DNA of 63,639 bases, the filler included, from Craspedostauros australis (Eukaryota): assembly GCA_030167865.1 (NCBI GenBank). It is 15 parts of 15 records of this genome, joined end to end, with 100 filler letters (N's around TTAATTAATTAA, not from the genome) between each part and the next. Parts side by side here need not be neighbours in the genome. Positions count along the whole stretch, not along the records: positions 50,172 to 56,740 come from JALAGF010002244.1; positions 56,841 to 59,101 come from JALAGF010002245.1; positions 59,202 to 60,650 come from JALAGF010002246.1; positions 60,751 to 62,180 come from JALAGF010002247.1; positions 62,281 to 63,639 come from JALAGF010002248.1; 10 more parts are not named here. One strand, written 5' to 3'. Below, piece by piece: positions 50,401 to 62,967 of the stretch. A program made the position numbers and the translations under genes. A model generated the notes under the pieces. The model did not search any database and was not told where the DNA came from. It was given only the letters and a program-made list of their open reading frames with translations. Numbering within the stretch: the stretch's first letter is position 1; each line of letters begins with the position of its first letter.

Positions 50401-50999
50401 CTGCTGCTGCCTTGCTACCGTCGTGGTTGCTATCGCTTTTGTTGCCGTCTCCGCTACCATCGCCTTGCTGTTGCCTTGATGCCGTTGCTGTTGCCATCCC
50501 TGTCACCGCTGCTCTCGTCGCTGCCGTTGAGGCCACGGTTGTCATTGTGACCACTCCATCTGACGAAGCGGCGACTTGTGTGCGGATGGCACTGCCCCTC
50601 CTTGTCTGCGGGTCGAAAGCTGCTGGCGCTGTGTTTGGCCTCAGTTCAAGGGGAGCAACGGCAAAAATGAAATTTCCATAGCTCGTAAATGAATCTGAAA
50701 TGAAACACGTGTGCTACGGCAACTTGGAGTGACAAACATGGCGGCAACAACCAGCTCTGAACTCCGGAGAGTTTGGTCACCAGCAAACCTGAGAAGTACC
50801 ACTCCAGTGTTGTTGGAAACTTTCCATATGAAATAGCAATTGAAATCGTAGCAACAGCACCACCATTGTATACAGTGCAAGAAGTGTCTGTGCATGGAAC
50901 TTGCCAACACCAATAGCCTTTGTCTTCTTGAACTGGCGTCAAAAATGTCTGCAGATCCCAAAATGCTTCAGAAGTGGATTTGGCTTCTTATGGATGAAA

Positions 51000-52951
51000 T
51001 TCGGAAGGGATACAACGGTATGAGAAGTGGAACACAATTGTTGGAAATCCGGGGTTGTAGTAGCAGACTAATCTGTTATCAGTCTGTACCGTTTTAGAAC
51101 TGTGATCACAACATGCTCATCTCCTTTCGATTCCGATTCCATGACAAGCAAAATCTGCAGTAGCTGCCCACGATCACACTCTCGTGCATGGCTGCTTTCA
51201 TCTGCATCCTCATCTTACATTCACGTTGGTTCATTGCCTGCTTTGTTTGATGTTGGTGAGCACCTACATTCGTCTGATGCTCCTTGTAGACCTGTAGGTA
51301 CCTTGCCTCTGGTCTCATGTCAGTTCACTGGTCCCACTTTGGCTTCATGTCATTGCATTCCTCTTCTGGTCATCTCGATGGCTACCTCTTCATCTTTGGA
51401 ACTTATCGTTATCTGGATCGTGGTCTTGGGCAATTAGGGATCACCTCTGTTTCGCTTTCTCACATTAGGTTCTCAGGGACGCATCGACTTGTTCAGATAT
51501 ATTGGCTGTCGTGCTCATTCGATTCACTCATGGGCTGATGTATTGTTGTTGACATAGATCTCTCGGTTCCCGACCGTTATCGGGACATGACCGAGTAGGC
51601 CACTGGATGAGGGTGCTTGGACGTCGCATAAGACAGGTAAGGCCATTGGGCTGTCCGAGTGCAACTGGTCGATTGCTGTGTTGCAGATTGTCTGAAAGAT
51701 GCTATTGGGGGTTGCAGCAATCATGGGTATCTTTGCACATAATACCATCGTGATTGCAGTCAGTCTGGGTGGGAGCTGCGGTAGAACAAGGTATCTTTGC
51801 AAAGTCGTACCCCCGATTCCTGACACATGTTGATGAAAGTTCGCAGGGAAAGTTATTTGTGCCTGTGACGAGCCCCAAGATGATACGTATAAGCCTCCAT
51901 TGCATCCACGACAGTGATGGCGAACAAAGTCATAACCAGGTGAAAATAGTCGTCCCTTGTCACCCAGATCCTCTCAAGGCCCAACACATCTTGGCGAACA
52001 TGGTTGTGGGTGTCCACAGCATTGGAAGCACCGAACTACTTACTGGCCACCTCGGGTCTTGGAACCTCCTTCGTCTGATGCCTGCGTTCGTCATCGATCC
52101 ATTTCGCGACGCAGGATGTGGATGGCCCCAAATGACCTGATCCAGAGGAGAACAAAAATGGAATCACGGACGTGCGCGAGTATTTGTATCCCATGGCATA
52201 TATCTCTGTTGGGGTGTCATTGCGATTGACATCCCCATCGTCATGGTTGCGTTTCAATAGTAGCTGTGTTCCAGAGGGCCAATCGCTCATCTTTTCTTGT
52301 ATAAACTTGAGGGGGAAGCCAGCGGACGAAGTCTTGATGATGCCAATAAATCCTGATTTGGTCTTTGAAGCAATTTCCAAGCATGTCTGCACAGATGCGA
52401 ACCACGAATCTCCCAAGAAGATGCTGTTGGGGAGGGCAAAGTCTGACGTGTCGATGTGGATGTTGTTGCGCCCGATGTCATGTGTTGCCAGCGCCATGCG
52501 CAGAGAACAGGCGACAGTTGCCTTCCCGCAATCTCTGATGTGATCAGCCTGGTCCATCTCTCGCTTTCCGTGTTGAATCTCCAAATGGAGCATGATACCG
52601 GTTTCACTATCGGCAACAGTTTTGAACTCCACCCCAAGCGGTTCTGGCTTGCGCGGAATGTGCGTCAGACGCGGAAGGCTTCCTGTTGGGGACACACGAG
52701 GCTTATACGCGGTCATACTTTCGTCCACGACTTTGACCTGTCCTGGAATGATGGTGTCGCGCCAGCGCTTGTTAAACAACTCCACCCCAGGTTGGATTTG
52801 CCACCATTTATCCTCGTGTTGCCTGGCCGGGTCTGAGAACAAGTACGGGATGAAGTGCTTGCGGGTGTGTTGGAAGCGATGCAAAGGCATGTGTGTCATG
52901 ACATTTCTTACCTTGCACAAAGCTTTCGTTGATCCTGTCGCCCCAGAGCTT
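51000..52951 (-). mobile_element. Degenerate piggyBac-like transposase, family 1 (5' part missing)
   Basis: VVDESM, PRKPEPLGVEFK and GDSWFAS; after a stop/frameshift, AVDTHNHVRQD..LERIW. The lower boundary is approximate. Confidence 0.88.
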
Positions 52952-53660
52952 TGATAATCAGCAATTCAATACAGGACAGGGCACCAAACACTGCACTTAC
53001 TACGCCGCCTGGGTGATCAATCCGTCAGGTGAAGTTGGAATGTTTGGTGGTAGTGTTGTTTGCTAAGTTAGTTGTAGTCAATTGATGATTGAGTTTGGAT
53101 TATGAGATGATGTTCTCATCATTCTAATGATGGTGCCTATTGCATGGGTTTCTAACGTGCTGTTTGATTACCTCGTGGTTTATCTCGCAGTCTTTCCTAA
53201 AACATTGCCCAAGATGGCATGTTGATCTACACGATATCTCGTGTTATTCTNGCCCTTGGGTCTTTCTTCATCTCTCCTGGTCTTGCCTAATCTTGATCTC
53301 TGTTTGATCACATATGGATTGATCCGTCTACGTCGACGAGGTGCATGCATCACCTCTGACGATGTTGTTCTTCCTCCTATTTGTTGTTGCCACATGCTCA
53401 ATGATGCACTTGGCATTGCTAGACAGGTCAGCATACCATGACTAAGATATAATCTCGATTCCGAGGATCACAATGACCGATCCTCTGACGTCATACGATG
53501 ATGTCAGTGCCTACGTCAGGTTCGATGACTGTAGTGACTGAATCGCAATCGTGTAATCAAGACTCAATCGACTATACTCTCAAATCGAGTCGAATCAAAA
53601 ATAATGAATCACGTTTCAGTCATGGGAGATGGGTACCTAATTTCGATCTAGATGTTGATA
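52952..53660 (-). repeat. Solo LTR of a family-B-type copia element
   Basis: The reverse complement aligns along the LTR at 62975-63639 (TRTCAACATCTAGATCGAAA ... TGATCACCC.GGCGGCGTAGT). It starts TATCA and ends ...TTATCA. Confidence 0.88.
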
Positions 53661-55300
53661 TCCTTCACTGCCTTTGGAGGGAAACCGTTCCGATTGCGTG
53701 CTGTGCCCAAGAACCCAATGCCCATCTGTCTCGACCGCTGCAGAATCGTCTTGGTGGTGAAGAAGTTGTCCATGGTGACAACATGATGATGGCTTCAGTC
53801 AAGTTCATTCATCAACTCCTCCACAGTGTTGTTGATTCGTGTGGTCTTGTCAAGTCGACCTGCAGGTAGGATATGGAACATGAACCCAGTGCTTGAACAG
53901 CACAATGCAAAGAATTTGAAGCCTTCTTTGATTGGCTTCTGCTTCATTCGATGTGTCTGGGCTGATCGACCTTTGAACCGCACCATCATTTCGTCAATAG
54001 CACATGCAGCTCCTGGTCTTGTACAGATGCGTTTTGACACTCGATTCGTGTGGTTGAGGAGTGGCTGCACCCTCCGAAAAGTGAATGTTTCGTGCCCTTC
54101 GGGGACACGCTCCCTGAGACGGCCTGTTCTCAACCGGCTCGGAAACTGCTTGTTGTTGAGAGCCAGGCAGGGCAGAGTGAACTGATTGATTGATGTGAAC
54201 TGGCGGTAATTGTAATAAGTTGTAAATTACTATCGAAGTGGATTATGATGGGAGATTGTCCAACCTGAGAAGTCATAGAAAAGTCAAACATGCAAAGCCA
54301 TGGGATAAGCCGTCCTTGGTAGGACCAAACAGAACAGCACCTTTTCCTGTAGAGCAGTTGATGCATATCCTTTCTTTAGAGATCTGACCCAAATCTTCTG
54401 ATTCAGAGCAATGAAGCGTTATTCCGATCTTGCTGAGATCTGCAATCTGATTGGTTGCAGTGACAGATGACAGAAGGAAGCAACGCACTTGCAGATGGAG
54501 GGTTGCTTGTGTCAGAGCAGATGGTGATGGACAGGGTGCAAGACCAGATTGTCATGGGAGCTTAGCAAGTGTCTGATTTTGCACCCCGTCTGGCTCCGTT
54601 ACCCATAGTGTCCTTGTTGCACGTTTCGTGCATGTCAGTGGGTCCTGGTGTCAAGCGAGCAAAATAGTTTTGCTCTCAGGAGGACCCACTTGATTGGACT
54701 CAAGGCTCTAACACGGCTGTGGGGCTAGTGTGTCCCAACTCGAGACCATGATTGGATCAACTGAACCCTGTCACTGTCCACTTTGGCCTTCTTTTGTGCT
54801 GGCGGCTTCGTATCCAAGGCTTCAGATTCGTTCGACTCTGTAGTGTGGATGTTCAATGAAGCTGTGCTCATGGATGGCAATTCACTTCCTGATGGCATGG
54901 TGGTACTGCCTGCAAATGCTTGCATGTCATCTTCATCAACATTTACCTGGATGGGTGTGGCAGAAGATGTTGTTGATCCATTTTCATAGTCAGGAAGCTC
55001 TGCAGTGAAGTGGATGTGGCAGAAGATGATGCTGTATCAGTCCCTGCTCAAGTGAGTCATGAGCGTGTTTGATGGGACAGATACAAGGGTGGCATGCCAA
55101 TAGTCCCTCTTGGATGGTTCAGTCCATACTCCCATGTAGTAATACATCGCCAGGAATATGTAAAGCTTGGAAATGGTGATGGCAGGGGCCATGCTGCTGC
55201 TCTTCCATAGATGGTTGTTGGAATGCCATTGGATTCTTTCCATCAATGTAGATGGAAATATGATCTCCAGAAGGCTGTCCACTGTTGTCTTCACATTTTG
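53661..55300 (-). mobile_element. Degenerate piggyBac-like transposase, family 2 (3' part missing)
   Basis: N-terminal FLAMYYYMG...RDYW...LSRD*Y at 55294-55030; core AIDEMMVRFKGRS, KPIKEGFK, MDNFFT and GTARNRNGFP running up to the LTR edge. Confidence 0.85.
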
Positions 55301-56039
55301 GACACCAGCAAATCTTGGCTTGTGATTTCCAATTGGTAGGGGAGAGTATGGAGGAGGAACTGTTGGATGAAGAAGAGGTACCGGAGGAGTGGCAATATCG
55401 TCTCCTGGGGAGGCTGTATGGCGGGAATTGCAGGGTGGCTTGGTGGATTCGTCGGAGAAGAAGACAGTGTTGTGCTGGAATTGCCCATCTGTATGTGTTG
55501 GGAATGGAGGGAAGTTCAGCTGTGGAATGGTTCTCTGGTTGCTGTCATCACCAGTGAAGAATGCACAGCCATGGCAACTACCTCATGTGGTGGTGCTGTC
55601 CCTGGAGAACTCTTGCGTGCTGCTGCTGTCAGTGTAGGATTTGCATGTTGGTGAAGGGATGGGGCTGACAATGCTGCCATTTGTGGCATTCTCCTGACCG
55701 GACTGATGATTTTGTGTCATTGTCCAATGAGGAGGCAGTGGTACCTGAGGCAGGCAGATTGGGATTGCCCCAAACATTGCTGCTGATGCAGGATTCGTTG
55801 TTTCCAAGGAAGTCTCTGTAGGTTGGACTTCGCTCAGAATTGGATATGTTGTTGTTATCTGCAAAAAAGATGGCACAGGAAGGCATTCCATTGAGGAATA
55901 TGATGTGTGGCCGTGAGCTGCTGTAGGGTGATCCATCGTATGCATGGCGCATGTGTGAGGGTGAGGTGGGTGATGGGCCTGTGGGGGGTGCAGGCTTTCA
56001 TGAAGGATTCTTTCAGAGATCAACCATGATGAAGCTTTT

Positions 56040-56190
56040 GAATTGTGTGATGTAGTGATGATGCAATGCTGTGATGCTGCGATGATGTGATGTCGCGATG
56101 TTGTGATGATGTGATGATGTGATGCTGCAATGGTGTGATGTTGCCATGCTGCGATGCTCACATGATGCGATGCTCACATGCTGTGATGTT
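56040..56190. repeat. Degenerate (GATGT/GATGC)-rich low-complexity tandem repeat
   Basis: Directly visible. Confidence 0.7.
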
Positions 56191-56656
56191 TGTTGCGCGG
56201 TAAGAGAAGCAGGCACCACAACCTGCAAGCAGCACATTGGTAGCAAGAGGCATGCTGATATGTAACATCAAAGGCATGACACGTGGGTGTTGGCAAGGAA
56301 GCGAATTCGAAAAACGAAAATGCGACCTCGCCAATTTGGCGATTCGCGTCTCGCCAATGGAATGAGCGACAGTCCCGCAGCTCAAAATCGATTCACGAGT
56401 ACTTTAGGCAACTATATCAACCTAAAGACAGTAAAAGATATATGAATGTAATAGCATGGTTGGAAAGATCAGCTCGATAGGATTAAGAATATGTAAAGAA
56501 AAGAGGTCTCACTTGTAGGCGTTGGGGTCAAAAGTTCGAATAACTGATTTCGAATTGTTTATCTCCCAATTATTGGGCGATAGGTCGAAAAGGGATAGCC
56601 ATTGTGATACAGTGACTTCTGCTGTGTCTCGTGTGGTGTTTGGTGTTTGGTGTGCT

Positions 56657-56740
<84 letters not shown>
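56657..56740. repeat. Compound microsatellite (TC)n(TG)n at contig end
   Basis: Directly visible. Confidence 0.97.
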
Positions 56741-57049
56741 NNNNNNNNNNNNNNNNNNNNNNNNNNNNNNNNNNNNNNNNNNNNTTAATTAATTAANNNN
56801 NNNNNNNNNNNNNNNNNNNNNNNNNNNNNNNNNNNNNNNNCTCCTCACCAACAACAACGACTTGATCACTCTACGTTCTCGGTGCGGTATCCTTCACACC
56901 CATCTACGATTACGTTCTAACACAAACAGTGTCTTCACTCACCAGCTTGTCACCCTCGTCCTGAAAGACTTGATCTCTCTTGAAGGACTCGTGTGATTTC
57001 GCTGTGTACGATAACGAGATAACACCTACCATGAAAAATGAAGTCGGAA

Positions 57050-57142
57050 GAGAAAGTGAGATTGTGCTCACAGTTCTAAAACGGTACAGTTTCTAACAGC
57101 GGATTAGATTACAGTACTAACTATAACCCCGGGTTTCCAACA
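57050..57142 (+). repeat. 3' end of an LTR-like repeat related to 21860-21952
   Basis: CTCACAGTTCTAAAAC...CCCCGGGTTTCCAACA. Confidence 0.6.
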
Positions 57143-58264
57143 TATCATAGACTAGTGCGCTTGTTGGAATGTACTGGTGTGCGTTGCCAGTGATACAAGT
57201 ACGGAGAGGACAGCACTCCGCCAACTTTCATCGGTGCAAGTTGCCATCAAGACGAGATAAGGCGAGAGGAACACGAGTTTGTGAGGGCGGAATTGCTGCC
57301 TTGCTGATCGACCGTGCGGGGGTCGTTCATCTTTTCCTTGTTACGGACGACGAGAGTGGAAAGACTTGACGGTGCGAGTGGCGACATTATGTGTCCTCCA
57401 TGCAGAGGCAGCTTCGTACTGGGTTCTTGCAATGAGGTGTATCCAGGAATGGCGACCAATGTATCACCTTTTTTGCTGCACATGCACCCTTGCTGATGAT
57501 GTACATATGAGTCTACCTGAGTGAATCTGACCCTCCCCATCATTCCCGTGTTGAGGTTAGCACATGCCTGATCTTGATTGGAATGATACACTACGTCTGG
57601 CACATTCACGAACACTCATTGACCGGGTATCAGAACGAGTCGAACAATGTCCGATTAATTCGATCGTCAAGAATCCCAACAAGGGTATCTCGAAATGTTG
57701 TTTCCATGGCGAATAGTATCACGACTTTTGTACATTTATACAAAGTGGTACTCACTGCCTTTGATGAGATACCAACAGCGTCTCACATGTTCATGATCAT
57801 TGCCGCTGCCTCTTTTCCATTTGGGCACAACTGTCGAGTGCTGATTTGTGCGCATGGGAGGGAGAGAGAGTGAAGGCAGCGAAAGGCGTTTTTCGTCCCT
57901 GATCGTGTTCGGACTCATACATCTTTGATGTATGGCGCAGCCTGCGCGCGGTATGAACTACCTCTGTGGGTGTCGGTGATGTTCGGGCCGGGAGCTCTTG
58001 GCGCCGACATGGATCATACCAGCGCCACAGCAGCAGGGACGAAATCACAACACAGAACACGGATTTCTCAGAAATCCTTCACAAACCAACGAAGCTTGCA
58101 CGAAGTGCCTTGAACTCTTCGTGGATCGCGATTGGTTGTGGCTCCGGCGCAGCTGAGATGAGAGGATTCTTCATCCCACAACAACAACAACAGCAACAAC
58201 AACAACGACGAAGGACAGAACTCCACTTCGCTCCACTGAACTCCACTTGTTAGACGCCACTGTG

Positions 58265-59101
58265 ATGGACGACCGCAAGCCACCACCAAGGAGCCCCGCC
58301 GATGACAAAGAACGCAATGGCGGGATGGAGAAGGAAGACAATGATGGCGCCGCCAGTGCTGCTGACAGCAGAAAGCCTGCAGCCCACCGTCGGGAGGTCC
58401 GCATCGGCCGATACCGAGATGAACAACGTCGCGGCGGTCCATTGACCAGGACCAACTCTACGGCCGACGCTGATGCCAAGGCGAAGGCGAAGGCCAGGGC
58501 TGGAGCGCAACGTGCTGCTGGTCTGGTCTCACCCAGCGGCATGTCCTCCATCACCAGCGGATGCTTCTCCGCCATTGGATCGGAGCACCGCAATTCAATG
58601 CAGTCGCGAGCGTCAGGATCAGCATCAGGCGTTCCGCCACCGCTGCGACCAGGAGCCGTTTCTGTACCGGGCGTTGACGCATCGAGAGAAGACAATGAAG
58701 CTTCCAATGCGTCCAATGCGTCCAATGCAGCGTACACGATGTCGCAGAAGGTCGGGGCTATCCCTACGTCCCTCAGGACTACCGAGGCATCCATTGGCAC
58801 ACGGACCGCCGGTGGCACTGACATCCTCGAGAGGAGCAAGTTCGGATTCCCCAGAGGCACGCGGCTGTCGCAACGGGGTTCCAATCCCAGCAGGGCCGCT
58901 ATGCCCAGTCGCACCTCAGTTGAAACGAAGGAGGATGACGAGGAACTATTGCAGCCAATGGATGATCCGCCTCAGACCGTCCCGAGCCAACCAGGCGCCG
59001 TTTCAAGTGGCGACAACTTGCGCCAGTCCACAGCCTCCACCTTCTCCGCCGATCTGTCCCATACGCCACCGGTCTCGGAGGTGCGTCAGAATGCGCCTTC
59101 C
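58265..59101 (+). CDS. Disordered N-terminal region of a protein (3'-truncated), possibly a membrane-anchored receptor-like protein
   Basis: Open Ser/Ala/Pro-rich frame with repeated PGAVS motifs, which I recall from N-termini of diatom single-pass proteins; runs off the contig. Confidence 0.55.
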
Positions 59102-59201
59102 NNNNNNNNNNNNNNNNNNNNNNNNNNNNNNNNNNNNNNNNNNNNTTAATTAATTAANNNNNNNNNNNNNNNNNNNNNNNNNNNNNNNNNNNNNNNNNNN
59201 N

Positions 59202-60650
59202 ATTCGTCGGATATGCTCCACAGCATGGATCCGGCGTCTACAACATGTACCGTCCATCCACCAAGTCCATTGTCTGCACCAGAGATGTGAAGTGGCTCAA
59301 CAGATCGTACGGGCACTTCAAGGGTTGGACCTACGGCACGGACGATGGGAAGCCGGAAGGGAGTCAGATCGTCGCTACCGATGCCGAACACCCAACGGAG
59401 ACCGACGATGACGGATTCATCCTGGTCGGAAGGGAAGGGACAGCGCCGTCCCACACAGCTCGAACCAAGCCGAAGCGACGCTCTGTGTCATTCGCCGACG
59501 CGAACTCCTACCACGTCCTCTCAGATGACGACGATGAAGACGATGACGACACCAAAAACAACACGAGTGCGAAGGAGGACTCACCAGGTCTCGCGAGCGA
59601 GACGACGACCACACCAGTGGATGAAGGGACTGTGTCCGAAGAAGAGGTTGACGCGATTCCCGTCGACGACGACACAGTGAGCGACATCGAACATGTTGCC
59701 CCACCGAGTGTCCCGCCAAGCATCCTCCGCACTCCGCCAACATCACGNNNNNNNNNNNNNNNNNNNNNNNNNNNNNNNNNNNNNNNNNNNNNNNNNNNNN
59801 NNNNNNNNNNNNNNNNNNNNNNNNNNNNNNNNNNNNCCCAAAACGACCAAGCAAGCGCGACACCACTCGCAGCGAACGACAACAGCGATACATCGAGCGA
59901 AGCAAGCATCAAGCAAAAACGAATGCGAAGTCGCGTGCATCGCTGCCATCCAACGTGAAAGGAAAGAGCGAATTGCGCAACCTTGCGAACTACAACAAGC
60001 CAGGAAAGAAAGAGAAGCGTGAAGGCAAGCGTTTCACAACCAATCTATCCGTCTTCAATAGGGGAAGCGACACCGACGACGACAAGAGCAACACAGACCA
60101 CGACCAGGACAACAGCGAGGAGACCAACGACGATGACGAAACCAATGACGACACCACCGACGAGAATGAGGAGAACGACGAAGCTACGGACGACGAAGAC
60201 AGCGACTCTCCTCCATCGGACATCACCAACGCAGTCACAGATGCTCTATTCGGTATCAACGCAATCAGTACCGACGACTTCGAGACAGAGATCTGCGCAA
60301 CCACCCAAGATGAGACAGGAGAGACACCGACACACATCGAGCCATCAACCTTCGACCAAGCATTCAACCATCCGAATGCAACACACCGGAAGGGCTACAG
60401 AGCTGCCATCGCAAAGGAGTTNNNNNNNNNNNNNNNNNNNNNNNNNNNNNNNNNNNNNNNNNNNNNNNNNNNNNNNNNNNNNNNNNNNNNNNNNNNNNNN
60501 NNNNNNNNNNNNNNNNNNNNNNNCAATGGAACCTATCGAGCGCGTCTGGTGGCGTGTGGCTACTCGCAGATCGCAGGAGTGGACTACCAAGAGCACCACT
60601 CGCCGGTCATCCATGACGTCACGTACCGTGTGATGATGGTGATCATGATG
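59202..60650 (+). mobile_element. Ty1/copia pol fragment (family C-related): integrase C-terminus, linker, RT start
   Basis: YRPSTKSIVCTRDVKWLNRSYG, HIEPSTF and YRARLVACGYSQ. Parallels 20000-21256. Confidence 0.9.
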
Positions 60651-60750
60651 NNNNNNNNNNNNNNNNNNNNNNNNNNNNNNNNNNNNNNNNNNNNTTAATT
60701 AATTAANNNNNNNNNNNNNNNNNNNNNNNNNNNNNNNNNNNNNNNNNNNN

Positions 60751-62180
60751 TCAAGTCAATTCCGCGAGTTGGGTACAGGCTCCAGAGATTTCGTGAGATG
60801 GATGAGGTGCGACCTTCCTGGCGGGGCAATTTTGTTGTCGTGAGTGTTTTGTTTTTACCATAAGTGGAATTTTTCGATTGATTCCAGTGACGACGTTTTG
60901 ATCTGTGATTGCGAGATTTGGTCCGAGCCTGGGGANNNNNNNNNNNNNNNNNNNNNNNNNNNNNNNNNNNNNNNNNNNNNNNNNNNNNNNNNNCATCTGG
61001 GTCGAGACTTTCCATTACGAGATCGTAGAGACTGCGTTTCACGGCTCCATTGAAGTGTGTTGGACGTTTGTGCACTTGCTTGTACCGTTCTTTGACTCGT
61101 GCCTTATTGTAGACTAGGTCAGCAGAGTTGATTGAGTCGGGTCTTCGTGGAGCGTTCGTGTGGAGGAGTAGTAGAGTTACGGCGATTAGCATCCAGGCAT
61201 TTGCTGCCGCGATGTACCACCCGTACTCTACTCCGATAGTAATGACTTGAAGTGAGGCGAAGAGGAGAACCATTCCAACGATGCTACCGAAGTAGTTGAA
61301 GGAAGTGAAGAGGTTCCAGACGAGAGACCACCAGGTGTCTTCGTCTTGACTGGAGACGGCTGTGAAGCATGTCCATGCAGCCATGTCAATGGAGAGGTTG
61401 TCCTGTTTGGGAGCTTGCTTGCCCTTTGCCTTCGCCTTGAACTTGAAGTTGTCCTGATGACTCTNNGTGTTGTGCGAGAGACGCCAGCGGCGGCACTTGG
61501 CGCACCACATGAACGTCTTGTCGTTGACAAGCTTGCGCTGTGGTTCACCGGGTTTGGGAGCTTTGGACGACCAACCCTGGCCGGCGTTGCGTTTGGCGTC
61601 GCGTTCCTTGGGCTTCTTGAAGTTGTTTCTCCTTCCGTCGTTCTTGGAGAAACCCTTGTGTTGCTCGAGAATGTTGGCGCTTGGATTCTGGGCGACGTTA
61701 TTTGCGTACGAGTACCTGGGCACGTTGCTGTCTCTGGTACGCCTGATGGCATGCCAGCGATTTCCGCGCACCTCGTTTTCGTACGACGCCTCGGCCTTGT
61801 TGCAGATTGCCATCCATGTGAGATCTTTTGCGGCAAGCTGGGGGCGAGCGTACTCGTANNNNNNNNNNNNNNNNNNNNNNNNNNNNNNNNNNNNNNNNNN
61901 NNNNNNNNNNNNNNNNNNNNNNNNNNNNNNNNNNNNNNNNNNNNNNNNNNNNNNNNNNNNNNNNNNNNNNNNNNNNNNNNNNNNNNNNNNNNNNNNNNNN
62001 AAGCGACCGGCGTCGTCGAGGCGCTTGCAAAGAGCACGAAGGTGGACTGCCATGAGACCAACGTTCTCGTTTGGAAAACGTCTGCAGTTAACTTCGCGAA
62101 TCTTGGCTGCGAGGGCGTCTTGTTCATCCAAGGAGTTGGCCGAGTTGCTGTTCATGAACTCAACGAAGAGAGTGATGAAG
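60751..62180 (-). mobile_element. LTR-retrotransposon Gag fragment (CoDi-like) with a downstream hydrophobic region
   Basis: FPNENV capsid-like segment, A...Y......RW motif, and nucleocapsid-like knuckle WCAKCRRWRLSH...H, followed by a long hydrophobic stretch in the same frame. Confidence 0.7.
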
Positions 62181-62280
62181 NNNNNNNNNNNNNNNNNNNN
62201 NNNNNNNNNNNNNNNNNNNNNNNNTTAATTAATTAANNNNNNNNNNNNNNNNNNNNNNNNNNNNNNNNNNNNNNNNNNNN

Positions 62281-62949
62281 CGCGCAAAACGTGTGTATGG
62301 ATACCTCCGAAAGCGTTCTGATGCCGCCATCAGGTTCAGAACAGGAATTCCAGATCACGAGCGCCACTTTGAGATCCCTGATCATGAATGGATGTACTCT
62401 GTGTATGGTGACGACGAAGAGGAAACCGCGGACGACGATCCAACACCCAAGGGCAAGGCAGTTCGTATGACGACGTTTGTAGATGCCAATCTCATGCACT
62501 GCAAGGTGACAGGCAAATCTGCAACTGGCGTCCTCCACCTGCTCAACCAGACACCCATCGAATGGTTCAGCAAGCGCCAGACCACAGTCGAGACTGCAAC
62601 CTATGGATCGGAATTCGTTGCGGCAAGGCAAGCAACAGAGCAAGTGATTGCAATGCGCCTCACTCTTCGTGCAATGGGAATTCCACTGGACGGACCTGCC
62701 TGGATGTTCGGAGACAACCAGAGCGTGATCACATCTTCCACCATCCCAAACAGTGTGTTGTCCAAACGACACAACGCACTAGCGTACCACCGCGTGCGTG
62801 CCGCAGTAGCTGCGAAGATCCTGCATTTCTGCAAGATAGACGGAACGGAAAACGTAGCCGACGTCATGACCAAGTTCCTTCCATGGGCAAAGTACTGGCC
62901 GTTAGTGAGGCCGCTTCTGTTCTGGAAAGGAGAGACAATGGCTGGATGA
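62281..62949 (+). mobile_element. Ty1/copia (CoDi-like, family B-related) RT end and RNase H
   Basis: EWMYSVYG, FVDANLMH, ETATYGSEFVAAR, GDNQSV and NVADVMTK. Confidence 0.95.
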
Positions 62950-62967
62950 ACAAGACCTCTCGACTAT

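Noticed and set aside
50120..50681. Repetitive ORFs (ATETATET, QPRRQPRR, DGNRDGNR)
   Set aside because: Translations of stop-free minisatellites in several frames; no unique spacers, so not CRISPR.
1613..62280. Recurring TTAATTAATTAA as a biological repeat, piggyBac TTAA target or CRISPR-like array
   Set aside because: It is always centred in fixed-length N runs and gives stops in six frames, so it is an assembly concatenation linker. Gene neighbourhoods across it are not real.
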